The notes under the pieces are model-generated. The model did not search any database. It was given only the letters and a program-made list of their open reading frames with translations, and was not told the DNA's origin. DNA of 64,000 nt, from NCBI RefSeq assembly GCF_004010195.1, contig NC_057719.1:58277823-58341822 (forward strand). Direction: 5' to 3'. Of the stretch, positions 27,601-40,081 are shown in pieces. Within the stretch, counting starts at the first letter, position 1. Each line of letters begins with the position of its first letter. The stretch is from Chiloscyllium plagiosum. Taxonomy: Eukaryota. Made by a program: the position numbers and the translations under genes.

Positions 27601-28873
27601 CTGATGGTCTCCTTAGAACATATGGCTACATTATCAATATACAAACTAAGACTGCCAAACTTATTCTGTTTAAGGACTAACATTTGATTCAGTTTCAAGT
27701 ACATGTTCCCAACTTTTACTGCTGGTTTCGTGGTGTTTTATTGTAATGTCTAAGAATGGCACATGTTCCCAAACATGCAAAGTATACTGAACATATATTT
27801 ACATAAAACACCTGTAAACGTAACTGCAGTAAGATATTGACAGTGAGACAATTACATTTCTCATGGAAACTTTTCCAGAGCATCTTGTTTACAAGCCCCT
27901 TCTTTGCACTCAAAGTGCTCAACATGATAGAGGACAAGAGATACAGAAGAAGATGGATATACATCAAGGAAAAGAGGGAACGGAGGGCAAAATAACAGAG
28001 CTTGTGAGGAAAAGAAAATCTGAGAAAACAGAAGAAAACAAAAAAATAGACAAGGAAAAGCATTAATGAGTGAAAAAGTGAATAGAAGCATGGAACAGCA
28101 TGCTTAGATATGAATAAAGGACATGTGAGAAACAGAGTAATAATGCATAGGAACAGATGAATAAAAAGGGTTAAAAGAGGGAATACATAGGACAGCATCC
28201 AAACAATAAAAATTGCAAGACAAAAATTAGAAAATATATATATCAGCAAAAAAGATTTGAAGATAAGAAATGAAAAATGAGAGCCTTTAGCATTTGGTCC
28301 AACACATCATTTCAGGAGCAACTGACTTGCTGAACTGCAACTTCACCCTGGATACTATATAAAAAGAACATTTTTTCACCTTCATTGTTCCTATATTGCC
28401 CTGATCCTGGTCCCTTCAGTTCAAGCAAACCATGCCCTAGTCGTTATAATCGAAAAGTTTAGCCATTCACTGCCACATCTGACTGGAATGGATCAGGAAC
28501 CATCAGGCCCTCCTCCACTGATGATTCCAAAATGATCCAAGAATGCAAACATAGCCCTTACTTTATTTTCTATGCTGCAAAGTGTTTTCCTAAACCTCTG
28601 TCTTCTTCATGCTCACCTCAGAGAACAAGGAAAACCTTTTATGAATCTTTTGTTAAAAAGACAGAGGCCATCTGATCAGTGTCTGCCACTTCCCTCCCTC
28701 TCAAACAGGCCAAACTACCTTGAATATTCCTGAAGCCTGAAAAGGGTATATTTTTCTGATTCCTCTATTTGTCACCCACTTCCATTCCTGGGTGCAATGT
28801 TAACAGATAAAGTTAAATTGTATCTCCCTCTTCAGCTAAATTCCTTTTTCCCTTAATCTGCCATTATTGTCCC

Positions 28874-28949
28874 ACACACAGAGAGAGAGAGAGCGCGAGA
28901 GAGAGAGAGAGCGAGAGCGAGAGGAAAAAAAAATAAAAAAATAAAAAAA
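28874..28949. repeat. (CA)n(GA)n microsatellite followed by an A-rich tract
   Basis: Directly visible simple repeat. Confidence 0.9.
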
Positions 28950-29049
28950 TCGCTGGCCACACTTTCTCAGAAACTACTACACAATTCCCAACTCCCTTAC
29001 CTCTCTAAAGTCCTTTAACATATAGTTACCTCCGAAATCCACGCCCATT

Positions 29050-29757
29050 TTTCTGTGACTGCTATACTGGAGTGCTGTAATTAGGGGAAATGTTTCAGAG
29101 AACATGTCTGGGACACACACTAAACAACTACATCATCCTGAGATCGAACACTTCAACTCCCCATCCTACTCCGCTAAGGACGTGCAACTATTAGATCTCC
29201 TCCACTGCCAAAATCTAGCCACCCAACGCCTGAAGGAATAACGCCTCATCTTCCACCTTGGGACTCTCCAACTACACAGGATCAATTCCACCAGTTTCCT
29301 TATCTCCCCTCCCCCAACCCTATCCCAGATCCAACCCTCCAACTCGGCACCACCCTCTTGAACTGTCCTACCTGTCCATCTTCCTTCCTGATGAAGGGCT
29401 TTTGCCTGAAAAGTCCCGTCGATTTTCCTGCTCCTCGGATGCTGCCTGACCTGCTGTGCTATTCCAGCACCACTCTAATCTTGACTCTGCTCTCCAGCAT
29501 CTGCAGTACCCACTTTTGTCATCTTGCTTCCCACCTAACCGCTCCACCCTATCACTATCACCCTCAACCTTCATCTAGCTATTGCATTCCCAGCTACCTT
29601 ATCCCAGCCCCACCCACCCTCCCATTTATCTCTCAGCCCCCTTGGGCCTCCCCCACATTCCTGATGAAGAGCTTATGCTTGAAACATTGACTCTCCTGTT
29701 CCTCGGATACTGCCTGACCTACCGTGCTTTCCAGCATCACACGTTTTGACTCTGCTC
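29050..29757 (+). mobile_element. Penelope-like family A 3' region with two tandem hammerhead-bearing termini
   Basis: HFNSPSYSAKD and LIFHLGTLQ remnants; CTGATGA cores at 29388 and 29661. Confidence 0.8.
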
Positions 29758-30069
29758 TAATTAGGGAATAACTAATAGAAGGGAAGCACAAAACAGCAGA
29801 TTTGAGGAGATGCACAAATACATCTACAGGTTTGAGAAGCTGGGGGAGATTACACAGATAAGGAGAGAAAGGAGCATTGAGGGATTTAGAAAGGAGGATG
29901 AAATAGGCTAAAAAAAGAGGCATTGCTTAGGTAGATATCACTGTAGATCAGTGAACACTGGATGACGGATGATTTCATCAGAGTTAAGAGAGACAGAGTT
30001 TTAGATGAAGTCAACTTGATTGAGAACAGAATATGGGAGGGTGACCATAAATGCATTTTCCCACTATTT

Positions 30070-33000
30070 TATTTTTTGTAAGTATATTTATTAGCAAATT
30101 TTTAACTTTACAAAGATATAAAATGATTGAAAAACAATACCAAATATCAGTATAATAAAAAGAAAAAAACACAAATTACAATACAACTACTGTCTACTAA
30201 CCTCTCCTCTAATACAAAGCAAGCCCTAACACTGTGCAAAGCAATACCAAAAAAAAGAAAAGCAAAGAAAAAAAAAACAAAAACTCACAAAACACAGAAC
30301 AGCTATCCTCTGCGGAAAGCTCCCAAACAAAGGAACGGGAGCATTGTATACATACCCGTATTAACTCGCAAGACCCCTTCCAGGGCCCAGGGCTTGACAA
30401 ATCTAATCATCCTGGTTAAACAAATGCCCTAGTTAAGATAACTGACAAATCTATATCCAAATTACTCAAGTAGAGCTGACATGTCTTATAAAAATTGTCT
30501 GTTGTGTGGTGCACCATTTTTGTAAGGAAGTCCAAGGGAACGTGCTCCATAATTAATTTCTGCCATCCCAGCAAGTCCAGCGGGTTCTCAGACACCCAAT
30601 TCATCAGCATATTCTTCCATGCACAGTATGCAAGAGTATTAAATAGTTTCTTCCCATGCCTGTCTAAAGATGGTACATTTGGTAGACCTAAGAGGAGAGA
30701 TATCAGGTCTACTTTGACTTCAGTCCTCAATACCCTCCCTAACTCTCCTGCCACGTGCTGCAATAAACACGGAGCCTGTGGCATGTCTAGAAGCAATGGG
30801 TAAGAGTACCTACACTTATGTTACATTTGAGGCACACTGAAGATGCCCCTTTTTTAAACTTCGCCAGACAGTCTGGTGCCAGATGAGCCCTGTGCAGAAC
30901 TTTTAACTGCGTAGCGCAGGTCCTATTACAGATTGAGATCTTTCAAGTATTCTCCCATATGTTCTCCCATGTGTCAGAAGAGATCTCCACTCCCAGCTCT
31001 TACTCCCAGGCCTCACATAACCGGTTAATATCCTGCCAGGCCCTGCCACCCAGCAGGCGATAAAGGGTGCTTGTGGAACATAGCAACAACCTCTCTGTAT
31101 CGGGCTTATAGGGCTTAGTGAGAAGCATAGTCTTCTTCTGGATGTAATCCCTAACCTGAAAAAAACAGAAAAGATCTCTGCTGGGCAACCCGTATTTGCA
31201 GCTCAGTTGCTCGAAAGACATCATAACCTCCCCCTCAAACAAGTCTCCCAAAGTAGAAACTCCTCTCACTGCCCATAGTTTGAACCCTGGGTCCATCATC
31301 CCTGGTCAGAACCCTGGCATGCTAACTATATGTGTAAGTAGAGAAGTCTTGGATAAACAACCCTCACTCTGACGCATCGCCCTCCATGCTTTGATGGTAC
31401 TAATGACAATAGGGTTCCAGCAGTGGTCCATAACTGTCCTCATCTTATCCATGAACAACAGGTTAATAAGAGGGCACTGTGCTTGGGAGGCCTCAATATC
31501 CAGCCATACTGAGTTTGGATCGTTACCTACCCAATTGCAGACATAGGACAGCAGGGAACTCAATTGATACCTCCTGATGTCTGGGGAATCAACTCCTCCC
31601 CCTCCTTGAGGCAACTGCAATTTAGTAAGTTTGATGAGGGGTCATTCACGATGCCAGACAAAGGAAACAAATCACCCCATAAGCTTCCGCAGCACTGACC
31701 TGGGAAACATCATAGGGAGCATACGCATGGGATAAAGCAAATGAGGAAGAACATTCATCTTAATGAGAGATATTCAGCCCAGCCATGAAATTGGAAGAGC
31801 CTTCCATCTCTGGAGATCTCACCGAATATTATCGAGCAAGTTAGCAAAGTTAGTCCGAAATAACAGATCAGACTTGGGGGTAATAAAAATGCCTAGGTAC
31901 CGGAACCCTGCCCGTGACCACTTAAAAGGGAACTTAGAGCCACCTTCAACTTCTGGCACATCCTTAAGGTTCCCCAAAGGCATAGCCTCTGATTTTGCAA
32001 AGGTAATCTTATATCCTGAAATAGCCCCAAATGAATTGATACATTGAGTCAAATGGGGTACGGAGGTGATCGGGTTCGATAAAAACAGAAGGACATCATC
32101 CGCGTACAGTCTAATCTTGTGTGCCCTCGATCCCACTTCCAGAGCGGTGATATGGATGTTCTTACGAATGGCCTCTGCCAGCGGCTCTATCACCAATGTA
32201 AACAACAATGGTGAGAGGGGGCAGCCTTGCCGACTACCCCTACCAATCTTAAAATTCCCAGACTTCACCCAGTTAGTGATGAACGTGGCCAGAGGGTGGC
32301 GATATAAAACCTCCACCCACCTAGCAAAGACTCCACCCAACCCAAACTGTTCTAAGACATTTTAAAAATGGCCATTCCACCCGGTCAAATGCTTTCTCTG
32401 CATCTAAGGAAATCACCAACCCCTGAATCGATCGTTGCTGACAAACTTGGACCACATTCAGCAACCTTCTAATATTATTAGAGGACCTGCAGCCCCTTAT
32501 AAAGCCTGTCTGGTCCTCTTAATAATATGGGGCAACACCCTTTCCAATCTCAGTGCCAGGATCTTGGACAGAATCTTGAAATCTGAATTTAATAGAGAAA
32601 TGGGCCTGTATAAGGCACAATCCTCAAGAACCTTCCCTTTCTTAAGAATTAAGGAAATATTAGCATCGCTCAAAGATGGTGGTAGACATTCATACATAAA
32701 GGAGTAATTGTACATCTCCAACATTGGCCCTGACAGAATCCCTATAAACTCCTTATAAAACTCATCTGGAAGACCATAAGGGCCAGGCGCTTTCCCATTC
32801 TTAAGTTGCCTAGCTATCTCCTGTATTTCCTGAATGGTCAAGGAGGCATTAAGGAGAGAGGCCTGTTCCAAGGTTAGCCCTGGGAGGTCCAGGTTCTTAA
32901 AAAATGTCTCCATTTTAGCCCTCCTGTCTTCACAACCTTCAGACTGATACAATTCAGAGTTAAAGCTCCGAAAAGTCTCATTAATCTTTTTAGCATCGTA

Positions 33001-35265
33001 TGCAAGGACACCGGCGCTGTCTCTGATTGCAGTAATAGACTGGGGAGCACGCTTTTTCCTAGTCAGGTACGCTAAATACTTCCCTAGCCTATCCCCATAT
33101 TCGAACAGCCTGTCTAGCAAAAGCAAGTTCTTTCTTTACATTTTGTGTCAGTATTGAATTCAAGGCAGCCCGAAGGCATCCTGCCCACTTTCGGATCCAA
33201 AACACTATTAAGATCCCCCCCCCCCCATAATAATGTGCTGTGTTCCAAATGCACTCAACTGAGAGAAAGCACTAATCAAAAATTTGAAGGGATACGCCAG
33301 AGGACAGTAGATGTTTAAAATGCCATATTCCTCCCCATGTATCAGGGCTTTAAGTATCACAAACTATCCCTGCTCATCTTTCACCTGCTCTAACAATGTG
33401 AACAGAAGATTTTTCTGGATAAGTATCACCACTCCCCTACTTTTAGTAGTAAAGGATGAAAAGAATACCCGTTCATAACCCCCTTGTTGTAATTTCAGGT
33501 GTTCCCCATCATCAAGAAAGCGATATCAATCCGTTCCCTCTTAAGGCTAGAAAGCACTTTTTTCCTTTTAACAGGTGAATAACTTCCTTTAAATGTTCCA
33601 GGTGCACCATTTAATAAGACACTTAGCCATATCCCCTTTCAGACATCCTTGAACCCCTCAGAGGGAGAACTCTGCTTACAAAGCGCCGAGCATAAGTAAA
33701 TAAAGACTCATAGCATCAAAAAACTATATGTACAAAAACTACTCTATCATAACTATAAACAACTATTACTACCAAAAAACTACAAAGAAAACTATAGAAT
33801 CTTGAATGGAAGACTCTTCCCCCCTGCCCATAGAGGGCACTCACCTACCCATCCCCTCCTTCAAACCTGGACTGTGCCCCAGCCTTAGGCCAGAAAATAA
33901 ACAAGGAGATGATCCTTAAATCGACAGAAAAAAAGTCAAAGTCAGGATGAGCACTCCACCCATCCCTGGCTTCATGTCATCCCTACTTGTGACTAAAAGA
34001 GAAGCAGAACACACAAAAAAAACAAAGGGAGAGAGACAACAAAGAACATCCACAAAATTTCCCATCGGAAAATCCAGTTATTAAAAAAAGGAACAACTTA
34101 TTCCAAAGTCTTTTTCCCCCTTTCCAAAAAGGAAATTATTAGGGAGAAAGAAAGGAATAAAAAAAAGGAAGGGAAAACATGGAGAAAGACAGAAAAGAGA
34201 ACAAACATTAACCATATTCTTCAGGCCAAATCTGTCTATTTGAAAATGTCCACAAAGTTTTTAGCCTTATCCGCTGAGTCAAATGTGCAAACTGAGTCCT
34301 CGTGGCTGAAACGAAGTACTGCAGAGTACCTCATCGAGTACTGGATGCCCAGGTTCCACAGCCTCTTTTTAACTTCATCGAAGGACTTCCTCTTTTGAAC
34401 TATAGCTGCAGAGAAATCCTGGAAAAACATTATTTTTGACCCCTTGTACAGCAGTGCCTGCAGATCTTCTCCCAGGGATCTGGAAGCTTCTATGACTTTT
34501 TGCTTGTCCTTATATGAATGGGAGTGCACGAGGACCAAGCAGGGGTGCTGCACCGGCCCTGACCTGTGCACTGTAACCCGATATGCTCTTTCAATCTGCA
34601 ATCTGCTGGACTTGATGTGAAGGCCCAAACTTCGGCAGCCAGCTTTCAAAGAAGCTGACTGGCTGCTCACCTTCCTCACCTTCAGGGAGCCCGACAATTC
34701 GGAGATTTATCCTCCGACCTCGATTTTCGAGGTCGTCGATATGGTTTCACAAGGTCCGCACCTCTCGCTCCAGCACCTGGATCCGACTTGATGAGGACTC
34801 CATTGCGGTTTCCGAGACCTTAGTTTGACCCTCCACCTCCTCCAGCCTCTCCCGGAGACCCTGGATCTCCTGCTCGTGCTTCTGCAGCATGGATGTGATA
34901 GGTTGGACCTGGGCATGAATCTCCCCACAGATTTCATCGATCGCAACCGCAACTTTCAAGGCAAGTCTCTCCATCGCCGCAGCCAATTCCTGGGAGTCTG
35001 TCAGGTCCCCAGGGGGTTCAGGAGAGGCTGCTGCTGCAGTCTCTAGTGTTGTAGGTATTGCAGGGGAGTGTCCTCCCTGCTGCTGTTTGCTTGCTCCTTT
35101 TCCCTTTGGCATCCTTTCCACTCCCAAATACGTGTTCTGTAAGGTTTTAAACTAATAATTCCACCACATAACTTGGTCAGGGATGGCAAATAACACTGGC
35201 ATGCCTTGGCTGTTCGGCAGAGCTGTCCACCGCAGTTCTACGGAATCGCCACCATCTTGCCAAGT
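30070..35265 (-). mobile_element. L1-clade LINE retaining both ends (decayed, internal deletion in ORF2)
   Basis: TSD CATT(T/A)TCCCACTATTT at 30054-30069 and 35266-35281. ORF1 35112-34236 is frameshifted (coiled coil, IERA, FFQDFS). ORF2 33630-30416 has WNI, GDLN, YRPISLLN, RQGCPLSP and YADD. AATAAA at 30092-30087 is followed by an A-rich tail. Confidence 0.93.
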
Positions 35266-35507
35266 CATTATCCCACTATTTAATGAGAAGAAATTTATAA
35301 TCATCCAAGTACTTACTTTTGATCAAGTTGTCTGACAACAAGCAGTTTAATGACACAATGATGGTTTTGTGGTGATGAGGAAGTAGAATAAGACAGATTT
35401 TCATCAGCATATGTAAAAAAGCTGGTCCATGCCTGCACATAATGTCATTTCACTTCTTACCTAGAAATATTTTTAAAAATAGAAATGACTATAAACACCG
35501 AATGTTT

Positions 35508-35825
35508 GAGCACCAGATAGCACAGTGGTTAGCACTACTGCCTCATGGCACCAGGGACCCGGATTTGATTCCATTCTGAGGCAACTGCCTGTGGAATTTG
35601 TATATTCTCCACTTGTTGGCATGGGTTTCCTCGGTGTCTCCAGCTTCTTCCCACTGTCTAAAGATGTGAAGTTCAGGTGGACAGGCCATGCTAAATTGCT
35701 AGGGATATGTAAATTAGATGGATTAGAAGGTTGGGAAATGAAGGGTGATAGGGTGGGATGTCCTTCAGAGGGTCAGTGTGGAATCACTGGATGAATTGGC
35801 CTGCTTCCACACTGTAAGGATTCTA
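35508..35825 (+). mobile_element. Diverged V-SINE (HE1-like)
   Basis: TAGCACAGTGGTTAGCAC A box, degenerate B box, and the same central domain as 24437-24721. Confidence 0.8.
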
Positions 35826-36065
35826 TAAAGTAACGGCGCTTAAATAAGAACTTCTCCCTTATGATAGTACTGTCACAAACTTTTTTTAAACTGGGATTTG
35901 CAGAAATCCCAATTTTTAAAATAATTTGCTTTAAGAAGCTTACTTTTTAAGTTAAAAATAAAAGCAACAAAACAAATGTCAACTCAAATTCCGTGATGTG
36001 ACCTAAATTTGAACCACCAACAAAGCAACAGTTGGGGACAAATCAACACTCTTCTGTACTGTTAA

Positions 36066-36520
36066 TGCAGTCAATGCAGACAGTCAATCCATATAATATT
36101 TTGTAAATTCCACTTTGGAAACAGAATCTGTCTGACTCAAGATTAGGATACAAACAGACTAATACCTTTGTCTGAGCTGAGATGTCACTTTTTTTTAATA
36201 TAAAACCTTAACTTATCTTGAGAATGTGACTTAAAAGTAGTTCTTGGATTTACATATTAATGAACCAAAACCTGCAACCCATTCTAAAAGATGAAATACT
36301 TAATAACAATCGAGGTTTGTTAAATATACCATTTTACTTGCATGACAGTGTAATCTTTTGCTATAAGTTGTGTCCTATGGTCCTGCTTCATAACCATCTG
36401 AAGAAGGAGCGGTGCTCCGAAAGCGAGTGCTTCCAAATAAACCTGTTGGACTATAACCTGCTGTTGTGTGATTTTTAACTTAGTCCATCCGAGTCCAACA
36501 CCGGTTCCTCCACATCATGA
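36066..36520 (+). mobile_element. Penelope-like family B 3' fragment with hammerhead motif (36398)
   Basis: Colinear with 61050-61519; CTGAAGA-A-GGAGC-GGT-GCTCC-GAAA-GC-GA. Confidence 0.8.
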
Positions 36521-37295
36521 CTCTTTTATACTGTGTACTGTTAAGATACGGAGGGGGAAACTGACTCCAAAGATGATCCTGCATATAATGGGAAAGAGTA
36601 AAGGTCATTTGTGCCATAAATTTCAGGCAGAATGTTAAATTAGTGTTGCTTGCTTTATTAAAGGATCATTCCTCAGGAATGCCATAGCAGATGGCAGTAT
36701 CAAACGCTACATGCCTGGTCTGATGTGGCCATCACAACAGTCCTGAAAGTACCAGAGGCATCTATACTCACTTCAGCCTCAAGGTAGTGGCTTCACAATA
36801 CATCATCATCTTCATCACTTCGGAGGAAGAAACCACAGATCCCCAAGAGGATACACCAAAAAGACTGCCAGATGCACTCTCCATCAGCTCAAGTACTGAT
36901 ATCTTGATGAGTACATTAGCTAGATTCGAGTCAGGAGCACATTCTAGTAAGCAAATTATTACCATTCACTGCTGCTGACTGAGGAAGAAATGTCCCAGGT
37001 TGATAGCTTTCAGGTGACAACCAAAGTCCAGGCACCTACATGGCCTCAAGCATGCAGAGACTCCATTGTGTCTTAGTCCAAGTATGTTTTCAAAGGTGTA
37101 ATTGCCAATGTGTGCAGAGTGTAGTCCTCCTCTCTCTAGCCCTGTACGGCTTGTGTACCTCTCGCATGGAGCAACAATTATTGTTTTATATGCTGTTGCG
37201 TTGTTTTGAAACTTTGGAGAAAAAAAATTCACAACAACAGCACTTTTAAAGGGAGAGAAACAGACAAAGGCAGCACATGGTGAGGTCAGTGTAGG

Positions 37296-37326
<31 letters not shown>

Positions 37327-37845
37327 AACCCACATTGCTAACTGACACAGCAGTGAACCTGTGCAGTTACTGCCTTGGCTGTTTAGAAGGTGGATAGGTG
37401 TTCTTCACAACCCTGGAAATAGTATGATTAATGAATGGGCGTTCATTCAATCGCGGAAATAAAATCTCTCTCACCAAATATCAAAGGCTTCCCCAAGCAA
37501 GGGCGGTTCTGAGTCATATCCACAACTTCAATACGTGTACACGATGAGCCTTCGCACTTGTCATAAAAACTTACGTGTGTATTTTTGGCAACGAGGGGAC
37601 TCTGGCAAAGCCAAATCTTTGCTTATCCCAAGTTACCATGAGGGCATTTAGAGTCAACCATTACTCCCCGATCTCTATTCAACATGGTTCAAACATATTT
37701 ACAAACGCATTTGGAGGCAGTTGATTTCACCGTCAGTCCACCAACTGCTGACGCATTCCGTACTTAAATATCTTTGCAAATTTCAACGTCAATTCATTAA
37801 CAAAATGTATATTGCCTGAGTTTTTAAATTTGACTCCTGACTCAC

Positions 37846-37912
37846 CCGCAGACCCTCCGGCAACTGTCTGGTGGAAGACTTCTCGCAATAAACTCTGGCT
37901 TTTGACCGTCAT
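37846..37912 (-). CDS. slc25a21: First coding exon of mitochondrial 2-oxodicarboxylate carrier (solute carrier family 25 member 21)
   Basis: The minus strand reads ATG ACG GTC ... TCT GCG G|gtgagt = MTVKSQSLLREVFHQTVAGGSA(G). This matches the SLC25A21 N-terminus as I recall it (human MSAKPEVSLVREASRQIVAGGSAG). It ends in a phase-1 GTGAGT donor at 37845. Confidence 0.9.
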
Positions 37913-38021
37913 TTTTCACTGTGGAATAAAATAATATCCCCGGTCATAATTATACCATACTGTACTATTTACAGATAATAATTACAAAATTAACATAAAT
38001 TTATGGCTGTGCCAACCTCAC

Positions 38022-38400
38022 CGGTTTTTGCTTTGGTGTTGAAATAGGATCACTTTTAAAAAGCACGAAGAAAACACGCTGCTCACACGAAAACGGTACC
38101 GGGGTAAAGCATGAGATCAGCATGGGCGGAGATTACCGACCTTGGGAGGGACTGAAAATTAGCTTGACATTAAACTGGGTAGTGTACAAAGAACTTGAGA
38201 GTGACAGCAGAAATGCGCGATAAGCATTGGAAACTTTACAGAACCTGATAAGAGTCGCGTGATTGGTGAGGGTGCATTTGGATCAATTACCCAGAGAGAG
38301 TGGTAACTAACCTCTGATGAAACCGCACAGGGGAGGCCACCAACATTGAGGCCACGAGCATCTGTTTTAGGCCATCTATCATTTTAAACGTCCGTCCCTC
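38022..38400 (-). promoter_or_regulatory. Putative slc25a21 promoter and non-coding 5' exon region
   Basis: CpG is locally enriched compared with the flanks. GC box GGGCGGAG at 38124-38131; ATTGG (CCAAT on minus) at 38226-38230 and 38262-38266. Lies immediately upstream of the ATG exon, with a candidate donor CCG|GTGAGG at 38021. Confidence 0.6.
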
Positions 38401-38529
38401 CTACTCTTCTCTCTGTCCTTGGGCTCCACTTTTTCAATACACCACAACTAAAAGCTGAAGAATAACACAATTTAATTCACCACGTGAATTCATTTTAGAA
38501 CCAACATTGAGTTCAAAAATTTCAAATAA

Positions 38530-39492
38530 TAATCAATACTCTCAGGACAACTCATACAACCCTGTCAGTAGGCACTGCAACACGTGTCAGAGTGTGGACA
38601 TAGATATCATTATTACGGAGACCTCCCACCTTGTACATGGCAGGTACTCATGTGACTCAGCCAACATTGTCTATCTTATACATTGCAGGCAAGGATGCCC
38701 TGAGACATGGTACATTGGGGAAACCGAGCAAAGGCTACTACAACTAATGAATGGGACACACAGATACTCCTACACACACACACACACACACACAAAGGCA
38801 CTCCTATACACACATACACACAGACGCGCACACAGATACCCACACACACCCTTACAGACACACATGCACCCCCTCACAGACTTAAGACACTCTGCACTCA
38901 CTACTCACACACACATACACTTTCTCACACACACATACACTTTCTCACACTCACAACCCCCAACCCAGACAAACACACACACAGACAGATAAAGGCCCAC
39001 ATGCACACATATATTTTGTGGGGCGAATTTGTACTTGCAGGGTTATATTGTACTTTGCTCAAAAACTGCATGCATTCACGTAGAGCTCTGAGCTCAAAAA
39101 CTGCATGAATTTATGTAAAACTCCGTTATCTAACTTTTTAGATTAGAATCAATCTAAACATCATGGCATAGACAGAGAACACAGGGGGGCCAACATCTTC
39201 AACATATTGTCTAGCTATCACCATTGTTAACAGCTAACCCGAGAATGCAACTTTTTTAAAAAAAGTTTTGTGATTTACACATGAAAGAAGTGAAACTATC
39301 ACTGTATTCTAACAGATGAAAGGCTTAATGTATAATTTCAGTTACATCACACTATAGCTTTTGCTATGAATTCTGTGTGTCAGGATTGAGCCCTCCACTA
39401 CCACCTGATGAAAGAGTGTCGCTCCGAAAGCTAGTGTGCTTCCAATTAAACCTATTGGACTATAACTTGATGTTGTGTGATTTTTAAATTTA
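38530..39492 (+). mobile_element. Penelope-like family B element (GIY-YIG remnant, CA-rich tract, hammerhead at 39405)
   Basis: HCNTC...GRYSCDSANIVYLIHCRQGCPETWYIGETEQRL; family B terminus. Confidence 0.85.
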
Positions 39493-39769
39493 AAACCCAA
39501 CCAACATGATCCCTGCAATTTAACAAACAGCTGTTTCAATTTCCTGCAACATTCCCACAAACACTCCCCTCTCATTGTACAACTGTTTTAAAAACAACCT
39601 ATAAACCTTTTCCCTGATTGTTGCATTGGGCAGTATCTGTTAACCATTAGCAAAGACCCCAAAACCCAAGCAAACTGGAAGCTCTGCCTTTTACACTCCC
39701 TCTTGCCCCTTGAAAAAAATACATGCACAAAATAACTTTGTTAAAGTAGCAGTATCATCACAAACACAA

Positions 39770-40081
39770 AGGTAAGGAGAAAAGTATTTTGTCAAGAAGA
39801 CATAAGAAAATTGCAGAACAATATAAATAATTTGAGTAAGTGGGCAAAAATCTTGCAGATGGAGTACAATGTAGGAAAATGTAAAGTTGTTTACTCTGGC
39901 ATGAAGAATAAAATGCAGGGTATTACCTAAACAGTGAACAACTGCAGAATTCCAAGGTGCAAAGGAATCTAAGTATTCTTGTGTATGAATCATAAAAAGT
40001 TTGTAGGCAAGCACAGTAAGTAATTACAAAGGCTAATGGAATGTTATCCTTTGCCACCAGAGGAATTTCATATAAATGTAA
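39770..40081 (+). mobile_element. Old CR1 RT fragment abutting the truncated Gypsy
   Basis: Degenerate LSEWAKIWQMEYNVGKC-type sequence, similar to 47250-47520. Confidence 0.65.

Noticed and set aside
27716..28249. 177-aa hydrophobic minus-strand ORF and K/E-rich plus-strand ORF
   Set aside because: A by-product of a purine-rich low-complexity tract; no recognisable domain or convincing splice sites.
38310..38345. CTGATGA in the promoter as a hammerhead
   Set aside because: No stem II followed by GAAA, and no PLE context.
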